NCBI GenBank assembly: GCA_016181305.1
Contig: JACOZN010000015.1
Location: 2,205-66,204 of the forward strand
Reading direction: 5' to 3'
DNA length: 64,000 nucleotides
DNA from: Candidatus Woesearchaeota archaeon
Lineage (GTDB): Archaea > Nanobdellota > Nanobdellia > Woesearchaeales > GW2011-AR4
The position numbers and the translations under genes were made by a program. Under the pieces are notes generated by a model that saw only the letters and a list, made by a program, of their open reading frames with translations, was not told the DNA's origin and did no database searches. This document shows, piece after piece, positions 30,186-39,296 of the stretch (positions are counted from its first letter, which is position 1; each line of letters starts with the position of its first letter).

Positions 30186-30376
30186 TTAAATCACTGATTC
30201 CTTGATGTTGAAACTGCGTAAATGATTTTGGTTTAAATATTATATGTGAGAATGTCCAGTGCTTATTTTCTATATAGAAAACAAAAATCATAATTTGGTA
30301 ATTGAGACTTACCTTAAGTGATTTAAATGTAGAATGAAGCAAGATGTAATGGCTTTAAGTGATTGTTTTATTATTA

Positions 30377-30446
30377 AGTTAAGCAAGCCTCCGTTTCCAG
30401 TCGTACTGTGCTCAGCACGGGAGCCTGGAAAAGCTGTCCACCTTTA
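30377..30446 (+). pseudogene. Orphan duplicate 3' half of 5S rRNA
   Basis: Direct repeat of 29437-29507: 33 and 30 identical nt flank a helix IV tip that differs (ACTTACGT vs GCTCAGC). Confidence 0.92.
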
Positions 30447-31244
30447 CTTTAATTTCTCCAAATCCTTATTGGAATGAATATGGATCTCCTTCTCGGAGCT
30501 TAAATGCCCGTTCAACAGCCCTTTCTCCGCAAGCTGCGGAAAAACGCTGAATTCAAGGCTTGCGCCCGAGTACTCAAAAATCTGGGGCTCGGCGACGAAT
30601 ATCGGGGAAAACACAAGGTATATGTCGGATTTTTTCGGCTTCTGCGTGAAAGTCAGAACCCTGTTGCCCTCGACCCTCACAGTGCCTTTCTCGCTCGGCT
30701 TTGGTGATGTTGTAAGCATTATGGTTGCAATGGCGTTCTGCTTTATGTGGTCGCTCCAAAGCTCGTCTATGTTTATCTTGCTGAATACAATGTCCCCATA
30801 GACAACAAGAAAGTTCGCGCCTATCTTTCCTTTCAGGAGCCTCAGGGAGTCTGCTGTGCCGCCTGAAGCGCGCTCCTCAATGTAGCTGATCTTTACCCCG
30901 TATTCCGCTCCGTCCTTCAGCAGTTCAAACAGCCTGGTGAGCAGCCTGTGCCTTGCCACGATGCAGATTGTCTTGAAGTTGTTTTCCCTCAGCTTTTTTA
31001 TCGCCAGCTCAATGACAGCAGCATTCCTTATTCTTGCAGTCGGCCTGTACTCTCCCTTTGAGACTGCGAGATGCTCCTCGCTGCCTCCAAGAAGAATGAC
31101 TGCTGTCTTGTTTTTCCCCAGGGAATTCTTTACAAGATGCTCTATTGCCTGGCTCCGGTTCCTTACATAAATATTGTCTATGATGGAGTCTATGTCCTGC
31201 AGCGTCTTTTTGCTTATGGTTATTGAGATCTTCGCTTTGGGCAT
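30444..31244 (-). CDS. CopG/RHH DNA-binding domain fused to a degenerate NTP-transferase domain
   Basis: KISITISKKTLQDID...NRSQAIE; VILLGG, GGTADSL, LVVYGDIVF. Confidence 0.75.
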   Translation of the reverse strand: MPKAKISITISKKTLQDIDSIIDNIYVRNRSQAIEHLVKNSLGKNKTAVILLGGSEEHLAVSKGEYRPTARIRNAAVIELAIKKLRENNFKTICIVARHRLLTRLFELLKDGAEYGVKISYIEERASGGTADSLRLLKGKIGANFLVVYGDIVFSKINIDELWSDHIKQNAIATIMLTTSPKPSEKGTVRVEGNRVLTFTQKPKKSDIYLVFSPIFVAEPQIFEYSGASLEFSVFPQLAEKGLLNGHLSSEKEIHIHSNKDLEKLK

Positions 31245-31245
31245 T

Positions 31246-31836
31246 TTAAGGCCTTAGCCACCTGCATTCATAGTAAGTAACGTCCATCTCAGAATCAACA
31301 ATTCCCAGCAATAATCTTTTCTTTGTGGAATGCGCAACACGATTTTTTGCGGCAAACTCGTACCATGTCAGCGTAGAGCCTTCATGGACAGGGAAAACAA
31401 CCCATCTTGCATGGTCTTCTCCCGGCTTCACGCCCCTGTCATAAATCCTGAAATCTGCGCCGAACTTCAGGGCTGTCTTTATTATGTAGCCCCTGTTCCT
31501 TATGTCCCTGTAGACGCAATACCTGACCCAGAAGTTCGGCTCTATCTTTTGCGCCTTTTTCAGGAATGTTTCAAAATCAATCGGCTTGTTCCTTGAGTCA
31601 TGAATAATTGCCCTTTTCTTTTCAAGCAAATAAAGCGATTCAATCAGGGAAAGCTGCACCCTGCCGTCATCCAAAAGCTCCCCGTACCTGCTTTGGTTAT
31701 AGAGCTCCCTAGCATTGTCCGAGCTTTCTGTAAGCACTCGTTCCTTTGAAAGATATGCTTTGACAGGCTCCTTGTGCTCCTTAAGTTCTTTGTCTTCCTT
31801 CTTCGGAAGAATTTCTTCCTTTTTCTTGGCTGTCAT
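31246..31836 (-). CDS. endA: tRNA splicing endonuclease (catalytic unit)
   Basis: VYRDIRNRGY, KFGADFRIY (Tyr), EDHA (His), AHSTKK (Lys). Confidence 0.93.
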   Translation of the reverse strand: MTAKKKEEILPKKEDKELKEHKEPVKAYLSKERVLTESSDNARELYNQSRYGELLDDGRVQLSLIESLYLLEKKRAIIHDSRNKPIDFETFLKKAQKIEPNFWVRYCVYRDIRNRGYIIKTALKFGADFRIYDRGVKPGEDHARWVVFPVHEGSTLTWYEFAAKNRVAHSTKKRLLLGIVDSEMDVTYYECRWLRP

Positions 31837-31911
31837 AAAATCGATTATTCAGAGAATGGTAAACTGGGGTGTTTAAAAAGGTTTTTAAAGCATTTTAGAA
31901 TACAAATCAGT

Positions 31912-32710
31912 ATGCAAATAACATTTTTAGGCACTTCCTCAATGGTGCCGACCAAAGACAGGAACCAGATAGCTGTTTTCCTTAGCTATGGCTCTGAAGG
32001 CATATTGCTTGACTGCGGGGAGATTGCCCGGGCTGATGCAGACATTAAGCTCAATGAGCTATGCAGGGAAGCTTGAAATTTATGGGCCGACAGGAACAAA
32101 AAAAAGAATGCAAAGCATGTTTGAGGCATTTGTGTTTGACAAAAGGCTTGACTTTGATGTGAAGGAAGTAAAGCAAGGCATTTTTTTTGAAAATAGTGAA
32201 TTCCAACTGGAAGCTTATCAGTTGGAGCACGGCATTGAAACGCTTGGTTTTAGATTTACTGAGAAAGACAACAGAAAGGTTGACATGAAAAAAGTCAAAA
32301 AACTCGGAATCCCCTCGGGACCATTGATCGGGAAGCTGCAGGAGGGCAAATCAATAGAATACAAGGGCAAGAAAATCGAGCCTGATGAGGCAACTTACAT
32401 TGAAAAGGGAAAAACAATAGCTTACATAACAGACACAGTGCTTTGTGGCAGCTGCTACAAAATAGCTGATAATGCGGATTTATTGATATGCGAGGCAACA
32501 TACTCCTCAAAACTGGTGGACAAAAGCGAGGCATACGGGCACATGACTGCAAAGCAGGCAGCGCAGCTTGCCAACAAGGCAAACGCAAAGCAGCTTGTAT
32601 TGATACATTTCAGCGCACGATACAAAAACACGCAGGAATTGGAGGAAGATGCAAGAAACGTCTTTGACAATACAATATGCTCAAAGGATTTCATGAGGAT
32701 TGAATTGTAA
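31912..32710 (+). pseudogene. rnz: Ribonuclease Z, frameshifted near 32022 with the HxHxDH segment missing
   Basis: MQITFLGTSSMVPT...LLDCGE in one frame, LPGLMQTL...CEATY...HMTA...LIHFSARY in another. Confidence 0.85.
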
Positions 32711-32736
32711 ATAGGCAGAAATCATATTAAACTAAA

Positions 32737-33126
32737 ATGTCAGTCAAGCAAAAAGGCTCAAAGGCAGAAAGGGAGTTATTGCACTTGTTCTGGGCAAAGG
32801 GATGGGCAACCATAAGAAGCGCAGGCTCCGGCTCAATGAAATACCCCGGGCCAGACCTGATAGCAAGCAACAAGGCAAGAAGGCTTGCAATCGAATGCAA
32901 ATCAACGAAAAAAACAAAGCAGTATCTCGAGGAATATGACATAAAACAATTAAAGGACTTCTGCGATATTTTTGGTGCAGAGCCGTGGTTTGCAGTAAGG
33001 TTTGCAAGAAAAAACTGGCTTTTTCTTGGGATTGAAGACATAGAAAAGACAGAAACAGGATACGTGATTGACTCAAAAGTCGCAGAAAGAAGGGGTTTGT
33101 TGATTGAGGAACTGATAAAAGCTTAA
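32737..33126 (+). CDS. hjc: Holliday junction resolvase Hjc
   Basis: KGSKAEREL, RSAGSG, PDLIA, IECKS. Confidence 0.92.
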   Translation: MSVKQKGSKAERELLHLFWAKGWATIRSAGSGSMKYPGPDLIASNKARRLAIECKSTKKTKQYLEEYDIKQLKDFCDIFGAEPWFAVRFARKNWLFLGIEDIEKTETGYVIDSKVAERRGLLIEELIKA

Positions 33127-33314
33127 CGCCTTCTTTTCATTGTCCTTTCAATCTTTATCTCTTCCCTGACAATCTTGTCCACCACCCTTTCAATGTGCAT
33201 CTCTATCCTTGCAATCCTTCTCTCCATCAGAACAAGAATCCTCAGGCAGTAAACTATTGCAGCCAATGTGCCTATGATAATAGCAAGTGTTATCTCCTGA
33301 ACTCCAAAAGCCAT
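33123..33314 (-). CDS. Small single-pass membrane protein
   Basis: One TM helix followed by LVLMERRIARIE; packed between genes. Confidence 0.55.
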   Translation of the reverse strand: MAFGVQEITLAIIIGTLAAIVYCLRILVLMERRIARIEMHIERVVDKIVREEIKIERTMKRRR

Positions 33315-33360
33315 CTGCTCACCTCAATTTTTTGATTTTATCTGTAATTTGATTAGTTGC

Positions 33361-34713
33361 TTAAATAGTTTTCGGTTGTTTTTCGATCTCAGCTTTCTTC
33401 CCGGCCTTTGCCTTGCTGCCCCTGTTCATCATCCATGCCTTTTTGGTTGTGTACTGTGCAGGATTCCTTATCTTCGGGCAGAAATTGTCAGGCTTGCACA
33501 CTCCAATGCCGAGCATGTACATCTCATTGTCGCAGTTTGGCGGCAAAATCTTTTTTTGCATCTGCTTGTGGTACCTCAGCTGTCCAAGAAGATATACCTC
33601 CCTTATGGGCTCCCTGTTCTTTTTATTCCACTCTTTCAGCCTTTTTTCTATCATATCATAATCCCAGCCGATTGAGGTGAAGTAATTAACCAGAATGAAC
33701 AGGGCTCTTTTCTTTCCGTCTTCCAGCCCATTAAGGATTAGCTTTATGCACGGCGGGAATAATTCCTCCGGCAACGCCTTTCCTGGAGCCTCAAACTCCC
33801 TCTTTTCCTTTATGCTTACAGCTTCCTGCTTGGCATTGAAATCCAGGGATTCCATCAGCAATTGCCTGCCCTCGTCATTTTCAGCATTTTCCCTTGCAAG
33901 AAACCTGTGCCTGCTTATCCTGACATTTTTAGGAATTGCAAACTCCTTCCTGAACAGCAAAACCTTTTCCGGGTTTAAAGGCGTTGAAGCCAAGCCTGAT
34001 TTTTCATGTAGCGAATAGGGCATCCTATAGAGGTGCCTTGGGGAAATAAGCAGAGTGTCAATGTTGAGGAAAGGCTCTGCATTCAAAGCCCTTGCTTTAT
34101 TGGCGTAATATGTTATCTCACCTGCATTTTTTCCTGTTTTCTCTATTATTGCATTGAAGTTGTTTTTCTCAAACTCCATGATCTTTTCGCCAAGAGGCTG
34201 CTTTATCATCTCTTTTATGTACAATGCAATTTTTCTTGGCGCTTCAGGAAACATCTTTTTTGTCTCCTCGCTCCTCATTTTTTCGGGGAATGCTTCAAAT
34301 GGCACTCCAATGTGAAAGCCCTTGTTGCCTGAAAACTTGGATGATATTGACTTTATGCCGTGGAACTTCAAAGCCTTTATTACCAAGTCAGCAGCCTCCC
34401 TTGAATACTCGAAAATGCCGCAGTCGATGTCAAGCACCAAATCCCACCCAATCCTTAGATTGTCAAGCTCGTGCTTTCTCAGCGAAGTGTCAAGCTGCAA
34501 CGGATTGCGCCATAACTCCTCTGAAGCATGAAACGATGTTGCGCCCTGCTTTGCAAGCTCAAGAATGTCGCTTGGATGCCTAAGAATATCAGGCCTTTTT
34601 GAAAAATTATCGTTAAACTTTACAGCAACTTCCCTGTCTTTGGAATTTGCTATTATTTCTTCCTGAATATCTGCTCTTTTGTAATGGCTTAGTGAGACAT
34701 TTAAGGGAATCAT
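33361..34713 (-). CDS. Fused PriS-PriL DNA primase (DPANN type)
   Basis: WDLVLDID and FSGNKGFH (PriS motifs) plus FPPCI...LPPNC...CKPDNFC (PriL Fe-S domain). Confidence 0.85.
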   Translation of the reverse strand: MIPLNVSLSHYKRADIQEEIIANSKDREVAVKFNDNFSKRPDILRHPSDILELAKQGATSFHASEELWRNPLQLDTSLRKHELDNLRIGWDLVLDIDCGIFEYSREAADLVIKALKFHGIKSISSKFSGNKGFHIGVPFEAFPEKMRSEETKKMFPEAPRKIALYIKEMIKQPLGEKIMEFEKNNFNAIIEKTGKNAGEITYYANKARALNAEPFLNIDTLLISPRHLYRMPYSLHEKSGLASTPLNPEKVLLFRKEFAIPKNVRISRHRFLARENAENDEGRQLLMESLDFNAKQEAVSIKEKREFEAPGKALPEELFPPCIKLILNGLEDGKKRALFILVNYFTSIGWDYDMIEKRLKEWNKKNREPIREVYLLGQLRYHKQMQKKILPPNCDNEMYMLGIGVCKPDNFCPKIRNPAQYTTKKAWMMNRGSKAKAGKKAEIEKQPKTI

Positions 34714-34797
34714 GATTTTGGAAATGTTTTTGGGTTTTTAATGGTTTTCATAGTTTCACGGAAAAGGTTTAAATATAAAAATTCATTTAACATAGCA

Positions 34798-35153
34798 ATG
34801 CTTCATTCCGGGATTTTATTGATAAGATAATAACTTCTAATATTCTGGTTATTGTCGAAGGCAAAAAAGATAAAATTGCATTGGAAAAATTGGGGATAAG
34901 CAATATTGTTGAGTTGAACAAAAAACCGATATTTCAGATTGTTGAGGAAATCTCAAACTCAAATGAAGAATGCATCATTTTGACAGATTTGGACAAGGAA
35001 GGAAAACAGCTATATTCAAAATTAAACTCAAACCTTCAAAGGCACGGCATTAAAGTGAACAACAGGTTCAGGGAATTTCTTTTTAGAAATACAAAACTGA
35101 GGCAGATTGAAGGGATTAATTCTTATATAGACAATTCTCAAATCAACCATTAA
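34798..35153 (+). CDS. Toprim-domain protein (5' end frameshifted relative to the ATG at 34798)
   Basis: LVIVEGKKD and ILTDLDKEG; no in-frame ATG upstream of these motifs. Confidence 0.7.
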
Positions 35154-35186
35154 ATTTTTAAATCACAGAATACTCATATTTACACT

Positions 35187-36035
35187 ATGACAATGAAAAA
35201 CCAGTTCAAAACAGCAATTTTACTGGCGGTGCTTACAGCATTACTGCTGTGGATAGGCAGCCTGTTCGGAAGAAACGGAATCATCTTCGCAGCCATATTT
35301 GTCGGCTTAATGAACATAGGCTCTTACTGGTTTTCCCACAAGATAGTCCTGTGGATGTACAGGGCAAAGGAGGCAAAGCAAAGTGATTACCCCAAATTAT
35401 ACAATGTTGTGAAGGAAGTCTCAAAATTAAGCGGACTGCCAATGCCTAAGGTTTATGTAATTCCGACAAATAGCCCGAATGCATTCGCAACAGGCAGAAA
35501 TCCGAATCATGCGGTTGTCGCTGCAACAGAGGGCATAATGAAAATCCTGAATGAGGAAGAGCTAAAGGCAGTCATAGCGCATGAGTTCGGGCACGTCAGG
35601 AACAGGGACATCCTGATTTCGACTGTTGCAGGCACAATTGCAGGAATTATCTCTTATATAGGAATGATGGCAAGATGGTCTGCAATCTTTGGAGGAAGTC
35701 GCGATGATGACAGAGGCGGCAACATGATCAGCCTGCTGATTTTGGGGATAATAACGCCATTAGTTGCAACACTTATCCAGCTTGCAATCTCAAGAAGCAG
35801 AGAATATCTTGCAGATGAGACAGGAGCCAAAACAGTCAAAAATGGAAATGCGCTTGCAGATGCGCTTGAAAAGATAGAAAAGAACGTTGACATAAATCCA
35901 ATGAGATTCGGGACAACTGCAACAGCACATTTATTCATAAGCAACCCTTTCAGGAATGTGAGCTTTTTGAGCCTGTTTATGACACATCCTCCAACCAAGG
36001 AAAGGGCAAAAAGATTAAGGGCAATGAAGTTCTAG
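35187..36035 (+). CDS. htpX: Zinc metalloprotease HtpX
   Basis: PNAFATGR, AHEFGH, SRSREYLAD, THPP. Confidence 0.95.
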   Translation: MTMKNQFKTAILLAVLTALLLWIGSLFGRNGIIFAAIFVGLMNIGSYWFSHKIVLWMYRAKEAKQSDYPKLYNVVKEVSKLSGLPMPKVYVIPTNSPNAFATGRNPNHAVVAATEGIMKILNEEELKAVIAHEFGHVRNRDILISTVAGTIAGIISYIGMMARWSAIFGGSRDDDRGGNMISLLILGIITPLVATLIQLAISRSREYLADETGAKTVKNGNALADALEKIEKNVDINPMRFGTTATAHLFISNPFRNVSFLSLFMTHPPTKERAKRLRAMKF

Positions 36036-37003
36036 CTTTTCTTTTTCTTTGGTTTTGGCGCTTCGGGCAATTCAGCAGATTTGCCTTTTCCCCTTAAGAT
36101 AAGGCTGTAAACTTTTCCAAAAATCCCGACAGCCAAAAACATAAAACCCGTAATTATTATAAAAGTGGTGTAAGTCCTCAAAAACATGAGCAAAACCACG
36201 CTTATAATTGCTTTCGGCTCGAATGCAGCCCCCAAGCCGAACATGGAGCCCAGAATAGGCGTTGTGTCAATGCCGACAAACTTGTCGTAAGCCAGTATTG
36301 CAAAATAGGGCAGCATTATAAAAAGCCCGATGCTGAATGAAATCTGCGCCAGTGTAGCGATAAACAGCCTTATATCCATGATTAACAGGTATAGTGCAGC
36401 CAATAAAGCCAATAAGGCAACAAAATAAATGACCTTGTTGCTGTTGAGGTAATTGACTGCCCTGTTGTATTCGCCCAAAATCCCAATCTGCGGCATGCCC
36501 GTTTGCTGGCTTGGAATCGCCCTTCCGATGACGCTGAAGAAAAATTCCCTGTCATCAATCTTTCCTGACTTGTAGTCCCTGCATGAAGCTCCTATCCCGC
36601 TGAAGTCAGGCAGCAGGCTGGATTGGCTGCATGCCTTTTCAAGCCCGCCTGATTCAACCTGGCTGCAGGTTTCCCTTACCTGTTCTTCATTTTCGATTCC
36701 TGCGCCCCTTCTTTTCAATTCCCTGTAATTCCTGCAGTTCTCTTTCATGGAGTCAAGCAGGCTTTTGTTTGTGCAGACTTGGGATATTGACACTGTGTTC
36801 CCCTGCCCGATTGACGAGCAGGCTTCTGCCAGCTTTTCAACTGTCTGCTTTTGCGCCTCAGGAGAGGCGTATGCAAAAATATCCCCAAACACGTTCTTAA
36901 TCAAACCAGGGAAATCAAGAGTTACCGAAGAAAAAATGAGCGTGGCAACGGCTAAAACAATCAATGATTTGATAATTGATATGGCAAAGCTTCTTAAGCC
37001 CAT
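36032..37003 (-). CDS. Membrane protein with a Cys-containing extracellular loop
   Basis: N-terminal and C-terminal TM segments; several Cys in the loop. Confidence 0.6.
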   Translation of the reverse strand: MGLRSFAISIIKSLIVLAVATLIFSSVTLDFPGLIKNVFGDIFAYASPEAQKQTVEKLAEACSSIGQGNTVSISQVCTNKSLLDSMKENCRNYRELKRRGAGIENEEQVRETCSQVESGGLEKACSQSSLLPDFSGIGASCRDYKSGKIDDREFFFSVIGRAIPSQQTGMPQIGILGEYNRAVNYLNSNKVIYFVALLALLAALYLLIMDIRLFIATLAQISFSIGLFIMLPYFAILAYDKFVGIDTTPILGSMFGLGAAFEPKAIISVVLLMFLRTYTTFIIITGFMFLAVGIFGKVYSLILRGKGKSAELPEAPKPKKKKS

Positions 37004-37039
37004 TGTCCAAGAATTGAAACATGGAGGATAAAAAGGTTT

Positions 37040-39253
37040 CTACTCTCCCTTATATTCCCCCTCAACAACATCCTTTATGTGCTTTGCTTTCTGTGGACCT
37101 ATTTTCTCTACTTCCTGCAATTCTTTTTCAGAGGCATTCACAATGTTTTTTATCGTCTTGAAGCGCTTTAACAAAGGCTTTGCAAGCACCAGTCCCATTC
37201 CCGGCAATGAGCTTACAACATATTCCTGCTGCTCTTTTAAAGTAACAGGCTTCCTGTCTGCATGCAGGCTGAAATCCCTTCCAGTCTCGTCCTGCTCCCT
37301 TTTTGCAATTATCTGCAGCAAAGCAGCGGTTTCCTTGAAATTTCTCGTCTGTATTATCGGAATGCCGTAAGAAACAGCAATCGTTGCCATCATCCCAAGG
37401 ATTGAGTTCTGATGGACATTCCTCACTCCATAAATATCCTGTGTGCCCTCTATAACAATTATGGGGCGTTCAAAGTTATTCTTCAAATTCTTAATCTGCT
37501 GCAATAATCTGCCGTCTATTATTGAATCAACAAAATCTTCAACTGTCTTTATTTCAATACCACATCTTGATGAGACAACATAATCGGCAAACTCAAGCCT
37601 TTCAAGATTTACAACAACCTCGCTTTCGGCAAGCTCCTTTATCACGCCGCTGCCTTTTTCCCTGTAGTCCGCAAACACCTTTATTCTGTCTTCTGCGCGC
37701 CTTGCAGCCGGCGCTTCCTTTTTCTCGTACAGCGAAAGGCTGAGCTTCTTCCTCATGCTTGCAAGGTTCCTGTACATCTTTTTTTCCTTGTGATGTGCAA
37801 CCCACCTGTACGCTTCATCTCTTGTTCCCTTTGCCATAAGGATAACAACCCTTCCCTTATCCTGCCTTCCGGTCCTGCCTCTCCTTTGTATGCTTCTTAT
37901 GGCGCTCGGAATAGGCTCATAGAACACAACCAAATCAACTTTTGGAATGTCAAGCCCCTCCTCTCCGATAGAGGTTGCTACAAGCACGTTGAACAAGCCG
38001 TTCTTGAAGTCCTCCAGCAGCTGCTTCTGCTCTTTTTGCGTCAGCCCGGTCTCGTTTTTCTTCTGCTGCCCCACGAAAATCCTGGCTTTTACATTCCCGA
38101 TAGAATTTAATTTTCCGACAATGTCAAGCGCATTGTCCCTGTACTGGTTGAAAATCATGATTTTTACATTGCTGTCCTGCCTGGCTTCATTCTCAACAAT
38201 ATTCTGCAGCTCTATCAGCTTTGGATGCTCGACTTTCTCCTCATGCAATATTCCTGCCTTTATCAAAGCGGACTTGAAATTTGAATCGGACATTATTGAC
38301 TTTATTGCCTTGGTTTTTGATGCTCTTGACTCGGCAATCAGCTTTTCAAAGTACTTGTGCAGGGCTGCAACCCCCTGCGTTTCAAGCAGTTCAAGCGCAT
38401 GGTAAACTTTCATGGCTTCTGCAAGCAAGGATATTGCATTCCACATCACAAAATCCTTTTCACCGGCAGCAATCCTGCCCCTCAGCTCTGCCTGCAGCTG
38501 CAGCAAATCCGATTTTCCAACGTATTTTACATCAGCCCTTTTCAGAATTCCCCATTTTTTTAATTTTTCAAACCTTTCCCGCAGAAACAATACAAGAAAC
38601 CTTTGAATGTCAGTGAAAACTTTTGGCAGCTCGACATTTACCCAGTCTACCTGCATTTCCTGCACATAGGGCTTTACATCAGGGTCGTCGTCAGTCCTTA
38701 CTTCGATGCCTTCTATAAACAGGTTTTTGCATACTTCCTGTACCTTTTCCATGTCACTTCCCGGAGAAGCAGTCATTGCAATAATCCTTGGATAGCTTGC
38801 CAGCTTCATGTACTGCTTTGCAACAAAAACATATGCGTAGTTGCCAACAGCGCGATGCGCCTCATCAACCCCAAGCAGGCAGACTTCTCCAAGGTTTATC
38901 CTGCTGCTTATAATGTCATTCTCCAGCCCTTGCGGAGTTGAGAAAATTATTCTGGCATTCTTCCACAGCGCAGCCCTTTTCTCAGGGCTTACCATGCCTG
39001 TAAATACAGCCATACTGTCTTCGCTTATATCAAAATGCTGCCTGAATACATCCATATACTGCTCAATCAATGGGCGAGTAGGCCCTATAAAAAGCACCTT
39101 TGAGTTAGGGTACTGCCTGAGCCTCTGGGCTGCAAGCATAAGGAAAATATTGGTTTTTCCCATTCCTGTGGGAAGCACTACAAGCGTGTTCTTCTCTGCG
39201 GCTGTTGCAAGTATTGTCTGCTGGTACAGCCTTGGCTCAAAGTTCTTAATCAT
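37040..39253 (-). CDS. hef: Hef: SF2 helicase + ERCC4 nuclease
   Basis: LPTGMGKT, DEAH, TASP, QRRGRTGR, IEIKT, C-terminal HhH. Confidence 0.93.
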   Translation of the reverse strand: MIKNFEPRLYQQTILATAAEKNTLVVLPTGMGKTNIFLMLAAQRLRQYPNSKVLFIGPTRPLIEQYMDVFRQHFDISEDSMAVFTGMVSPEKRAALWKNARIIFSTPQGLENDIISSRINLGEVCLLGVDEAHRAVGNYAYVFVAKQYMKLASYPRIIAMTASPGSDMEKVQEVCKNLFIEGIEVRTDDDPDVKPYVQEMQVDWVNVELPKVFTDIQRFLVLFLRERFEKLKKWGILKRADVKYVGKSDLLQLQAELRGRIAAGEKDFVMWNAISLLAEAMKVYHALELLETQGVAALHKYFEKLIAESRASKTKAIKSIMSDSNFKSALIKAGILHEEKVEHPKLIELQNIVENEARQDSNVKIMIFNQYRDNALDIVGKLNSIGNVKARIFVGQQKKNETGLTQKEQKQLLEDFKNGLFNVLVATSIGEEGLDIPKVDLVVFYEPIPSAIRSIQRRGRTGRQDKGRVVILMAKGTRDEAYRWVAHHKEKKMYRNLASMRKKLSLSLYEKKEAPAARRAEDRIKVFADYREKGSGVIKELAESEVVVNLERLEFADYVVSSRCGIEIKTVEDFVDSIIDGRLLQQIKNLKNNFERPIIVIEGTQDIYGVRNVHQNSILGMMATIAVSYGIPIIQTRNFKETAALLQIIAKREQDETGRDFSLHADRKPVTLKEQQEYVVSSLPGMGLVLAKPLLKRFKTIKNIVNASEKELQEVEKIGPQKAKHIKDVVEGEYKGE

Positions 39254-39296
39254 ATCAGAAAAGAGTGTTTTTCGGGTTTATAAGGTTTATTGATTG

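Larger units (their letters stand above)
29410..30376. mobile_element. Putative 5S-targeting homing cassette (mini-intron + replacement 3' exon + LAGLIDADG gene)
   Basis: Removing 29410-30376 rejoins exon 1 to the orphan 3' half at 30377 and gives an intact intronless 5S gene. Confidence 0.7.

Noticed and set aside
29410-30376. The whole 967-bp insert as one large endonuclease-encoding BHB intron
   Set aside because: The sequence before 30377 (TTTTATTATTA) has no CGAG partner for the central helix, and the ORF is antisense to the rRNA. Only the 27-nt insert forms a BHB.
31246-31836. endA as part of the 5S homing cassette
   Set aside because: It lies outside the duplicated boundary among housekeeping genes with host-like composition, so its proximity may be coincidental.
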